Source: Tricharina praecox (lineage: Eukaryota). From it: a stretch of DNA of 64,000 nt. The stretch covers positions 992,001 to 1,056,000 of the forward strand of contig NW_026250409.1 in assembly GCF_024521635.1 (NCBI RefSeq), written 5' to 3'. Below are positions 59,635 through 64,000 of the stretch, piece after piece. The translations under genes and the position numbers were made by a program. Positions within the stretch are counted from its first letter, which is position 1; each line of letters starts with the position of its first letter. The notes under the pieces were generated by a model. The model was not told the origin of the DNA. It made no database searches and was given only the letters and a program-made list of their open reading frames with translations.

Positions 59635-62600
59635 CTACAGCACATCCCTCGCAACGATCCCGCAAACCTCTCTACAAACCCAACACCTTCTTCCGGCACC
59701 CCCCACCGCATCGGCAAGTACATCTAACGGTCTCCCCTCCTTATCTAGTCCCTCGACGACGCCAGCATCCGGCGCCACGACCTTCCCACCCAGGCCGAGC
59801 ACATCCTCGACGCTAGCGGAAATCTCATACTCCCCCTTCGCAAGGACCGTAAACCCTGTGCGGACGACACTGCTCTCGCCGGGGGCGAGGACAGGGAGGG
59901 CGTGCTGGAGCAGCCCGTTTATAGCCATGCGTCTGCCGAGATCGAAGCTCTGGGGCGCGGGAATATTCCGGAGGCCAGGGAGCAGACGGAGGATCAGCCT
60001 GACGGGGCGGTTGGTGCGGTTTGTAACGGTCGTGGCGAGCGTGAGGAATGCGTCCGTCACGACGACGGAGCGGGCGGGCGAGATGCGGTTGACCGTCTTC
60101 TCGTCGCCCTCGACGGTGATGGCCACGCCGATCTCCTCGACGCGCACCGTCTCGACCATTCGTGGCGACAGGCGGATTCCGCGGAGTTCGACGTCCCCGC
60201 GCCGCGGCGTCCCGACTTCTTCCCAGGTGCCGGTGAGACGCTTCAGCAGCTCCTCGCGGTACCAAAAGGCTTCGCGGCCTTGGCGCTCTTGTTCTATGCT
60301 GATGCGCGTGGTCGAGACAACGAACTGGCGCTGCGTGGCGGATATGCTGGGGATCGGGGCGTAAGGCCGCGGGAGGAAGATGCGTTTCACCGGGAGAATG
60401 AGTCGTGATGTGTGGCCGGCTTGCAGCACGTCCTCGGCCACGAATGGCTCCTCGTCCGAATCTACAGAGTCTTTGAGAACCAGCTTGAGTTTCAATGGCT
60501 GCGGCCAAGCGTTGCGGAGGTCCAGCAGCATCAGACAGTACTCTCCAGGCTGGGCAGTGGTGGAAGCTCGGGAAAACAGTTGCGTGAACGGTCCGAAGGT
60601 GGCGCTGTCGGGCTCGATCGAGAAGTCCGTTGAGAACGGGATAAAGTCGACACGTGCAAGTTCGATTGAGGCGTTGACTGTGACCGTTACTGGGTACACC
60701 ACCTGGCGTGTGAAATAGCGGTTCCCGAGCTCGGTCGGTGGGATCCCGAGATGCGAGTAGTCGGCCATGATAGTACCGTATGTGAGTCCGGGCTTGCCCA
60801 GGACTTCGATCTCAAAGGTGGCATCACCGGCAGCGGGAATGTAGACCTTCTTCTTGGTCAAGTCTCGGGTCGAGATCTGCGGTCTGATCTTCTTCTCGCC
60901 GCTGGTGTTTTCCGAGGCAGCAATCGCACGGTTCTGGCGGTGCCAAACAAACGCACGCTTCTTCTTGAGCATTAATTCAAGCTCGTACGTCTCAGCGGGT
61001 GAATTCGTCTTCTCGGCGAGCGCCTGCCGGATGCGCGCCGTGGTCGAGTCGGTAAAATCAAAGTACAAGTGATCCACGTTGACGTTACTCAGATTCCTGA
61101 GAGTAATTTGGAAGATCCTTCGCTCGCCCTCGAGCACCATAAGTGCGCTCTGGCTCAAGCTGGTATTCCGGACCACCAGTAGCGGCTGCGAATCGACCAC
61201 AGTAAGCTGCAGCGACTTTGGAATCGGGTGCAGAACCGGTGGAGGACGTAACGATCCGCGTCCTGAAGCAGAAATGGTTGAGAGTGGACGCTCCACCTTA
61301 GGTTCCGCCGCCTTGAGCCCGAATCTTTTGGTCTTGATGTCGCGTTCGCGGGAATCGAGACCTCCGGTGAGAATAGGAAAGAATCGCTCCCTGCATCCAT
61401 AAACCTTTATCGTGCATCCCAGTATCTTCACCTCTCCGGTGTCATTGGGTGTCGCAAACACCGACACCTGGTAGGTCCTGAACGGCGCGATGACCACACT
61501 AACTGGTTGCGCCGATAGCTCCACACCGGAAGTATCGAGTTTGACCCATTCAACTTCCACCTCAAACTCGAAAGGGTTCTGCAATGTTACTCTCATCTCT
61601 GCCGGCTCGCCCTTTACCAGTATCTGCTCTGTTGTCGAGCTTTCCGAAATTTTGAAAGGATTGTACAAGAAGGGCGTTTTATCATCTATTGTCGTTGGCG
61701 AAAGTAGAGACTCGGGATCCACCAGTTCGGTCTTACTCCGCGGTATCGGTGGTCTCCAAGTGGGGTTCTCAACCAGTTCGATATCCCGCAACAGAAACTG
61801 GTCCCAATAGTCCGCTTCGACGCTTGGTATTCCCAACTTGCGAGCCGCCCCCACTGTCCTCACCACGGTAGTTGAAAGTCTGACCTGATCCTCTTTCGTA
61901 AGTTCCATATCAGCCGTCTTCAGTAGTAGTGTCGTAAAGTTCAAGACCCCCTGGAAATCTGGCAATGCCTCGCAGAGAGCGGTGCAATTCCTTAATACTT
62001 GGATCTTGAGCGCAGGCCAACCAAATGTTCGGATTTCTTGCTCCGCGATTACTGCCTTGGTCCAGACTGACGTTTGTGGCATCAAGACACCAGTGGAAAC
62101 GGCCCGCTGCTGTTCCTCCTCTTTCACCTTCTTCTCGTCGCCCAGGCCAGCAAGACATCCGTACGCCCGACAGAGCTCTTCGAGCATTTCCATAATTCCG
62201 CTCTCTACATCACCTTCCCCAAGGTCCAAGGGTGAACCGCTTCCACCACTCAGGGCGCTTAATCCGGCTGCGGGATGAATACCCATCTCGGCAGCACCAA
62301 CAACTCGGGCTTGTATCAATCCGGGAATCAGGATCTTAAGCAGTTCCCTCGTGACAAACGCCTTTCGTCGCTTCATCCCTATGGCTCCATGGATGCTCGC
62401 GATGCCACTCAACACCTTTGTCGCCTCCAGCACCGTCATAATTTCCACTGGCTGTGGATACGCCTGCATCGTAACTTCCGAGATTTCAACACGGGAGGGA
62501 ATATTCTTCTTGGAACCTTTATGTGATATCGGTTTGCTCGACACAATGTGAGCGATGGCGTCTTTGGCCACTCCATTTGCAACGTACTGTGATGTGAGCG

Positions 62601-64000
62601 CTTTCGCGTGTCGGAGGATCGTCTCGCAGAAGGATATGTTGGGTATCGATTCTCCAGGGAAGTTTGCAGCTCGTTGGTATAATTTGATGATGCTCTTATG
62701 CAGCTCAGGGAGGAGATCCAGCACTTGGTGTGCCGATGGGGAGTCACCTGTCGATTGTGGGACCGGCGTGGATGGTTTGTTGGATGGTGTCGACGTCTTT
62801 GATTTGCTGCCATCGATTGAAGGGAATGGAATTGCGGGAATCTAAAAGAAAATAAACATTCGCTCCATATCAAGCTGTAGTGGGCTGAAGCGACCTGAAA
62901 TGTAACACCAAGATACGCAAGAACAACCAGGCAGATGCCAATCCCTTCCAGGGCCTTAGCATGCCATAGGTGGTCGCTGCTCCCTCTACAAACATCGGCA
63001 CCATCGAGAAACCTGTTTACACCCTCCTTATTAACGAAGGATATCCAGGGTTTCGGCGATGACGACTCACTCTTTCATGGCATCTGGAACTCGCCCTGCG
63101 ATTAGGTATAGTTGCGCCACCGCGATCTGAACACGGCCTTTGCCCTTGCTCCGTGATCTCTCGCTCTGGCTACCACCGCCGCCACCAAAACCAGTCATCG
63201 TCTTCCGCTTGTTTGCAGCCAAATCCCCAGGAATAGGCGCTAGTGTCCCGCCGCTGGGCACACTGTTCCGGCGGCCTCCGTTTTCTCCGTTGCTTGGTTT
63301 TTCGACTAGCGGCGAATCAAGGCTCGGCTGTGCTTGTAGCGACCTTGCGACGCCGCACATCTCCGACAGAACCGGCGCGGTAATATCGCACATCAACGTC
63401 CGCATCGATGAAACCTTGGACTCTCGCTTTGTAGGAACAGTAAAGAAACGTGGATGGCCAGCCGGCTTCAGTTTCTCGTGCTCGGTCGCCTCTGGGGGCG
63501 CATCGAATATCAGGCAAACATGGTACAAGGAATCAGGATACTACTCCGTTCGGCGGGTTAAGTTCACATCACACGGGACAGCCAGTAAGCCAACGCACGG
63601 GGGTGTGCTCACGAGCGACTTCATATCCTCTAGCTGCGCCGACAGCACCTCCGGATCACACCCCTCTTCGTAGTCCGCAACCCCAATCACCACGAACGTC
63701 CGCCGGTACTGCTCAAACACCTCGAGGTAGTTGTGCTCGCGGTCAACCGAGGTGGTCAGGTCCCACACTATCTGGCCGTCGGGAAAGCCTTGGGGATTGA
63801 ACATAGCTGCAGACACACCCGGGTAGCAACGTCAGCGGGTAGTCACTTCTGGCGGAAGTCGGAAATCGTGCCGGCGGGTGACATACTCCGGTTGGGCTGC
63901 GTGTCGGGAGTGATATCCCCCAGTCGCACGACATTGGATGCCTGCAAGCGGCCAGCGAACGACGAAAATCGCGAGCGTCGTATCCGGCCGAGGGGACATA
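59635..64000 (-). CDS. TRS120: TRAPPII subunit Trs120/TRAPPC9 (5' end outside the window)
   Basis: FEQYRRTFVVIGVAD; KGKGRVQIAVAQLYLIAGRVPDA; DHLWHAKALE; VGAAEMGIHPAAGL; YWDQFLLR; PFLYNPF; LQNPFEFEVEVE; REAFWYREELLK. Confidence 0.92.

Overview
Intron-rich fungal (ascomycete, probably Pezizomycetes-like; inferred) genomic DNA. Housekeeping genes at the left edge (tRNA-Leu, cyclin H) and in the right half (mitochondrial GGQ release factor, SNRNP27, SmF, glucosidase I, MnSOD, SPT small subunit, CENP-I/Mis6, GH3-GNAT Ngs1-like, Trs120) bracket a ~28 kb block of specialised metabolism. The first part of the block is a mycosporine (UV sunscreen) cluster: DDGS, O-methyltransferase and ATP-grasp ligase, extended by an A-T-R NRPS-like reductase, a divergently paired aldo-keto reductase and a divergent CLN3/Btn1 paralog. 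After a tRNA-Lys comes a head-to-head pair of a GH31 alpha-1,4-glucan lyase and an aldos-2-ulose dehydratase, the two consecutive enzymes of the anhydrofructose-to-microthecin/ascopyrone pathway. A decayed TIR-bounded Ginger-like integrase transposon lies at 42.8-44.9 kb. Exon boundaries were read by eye. Family calls rest on recalled motifs, not database searches.
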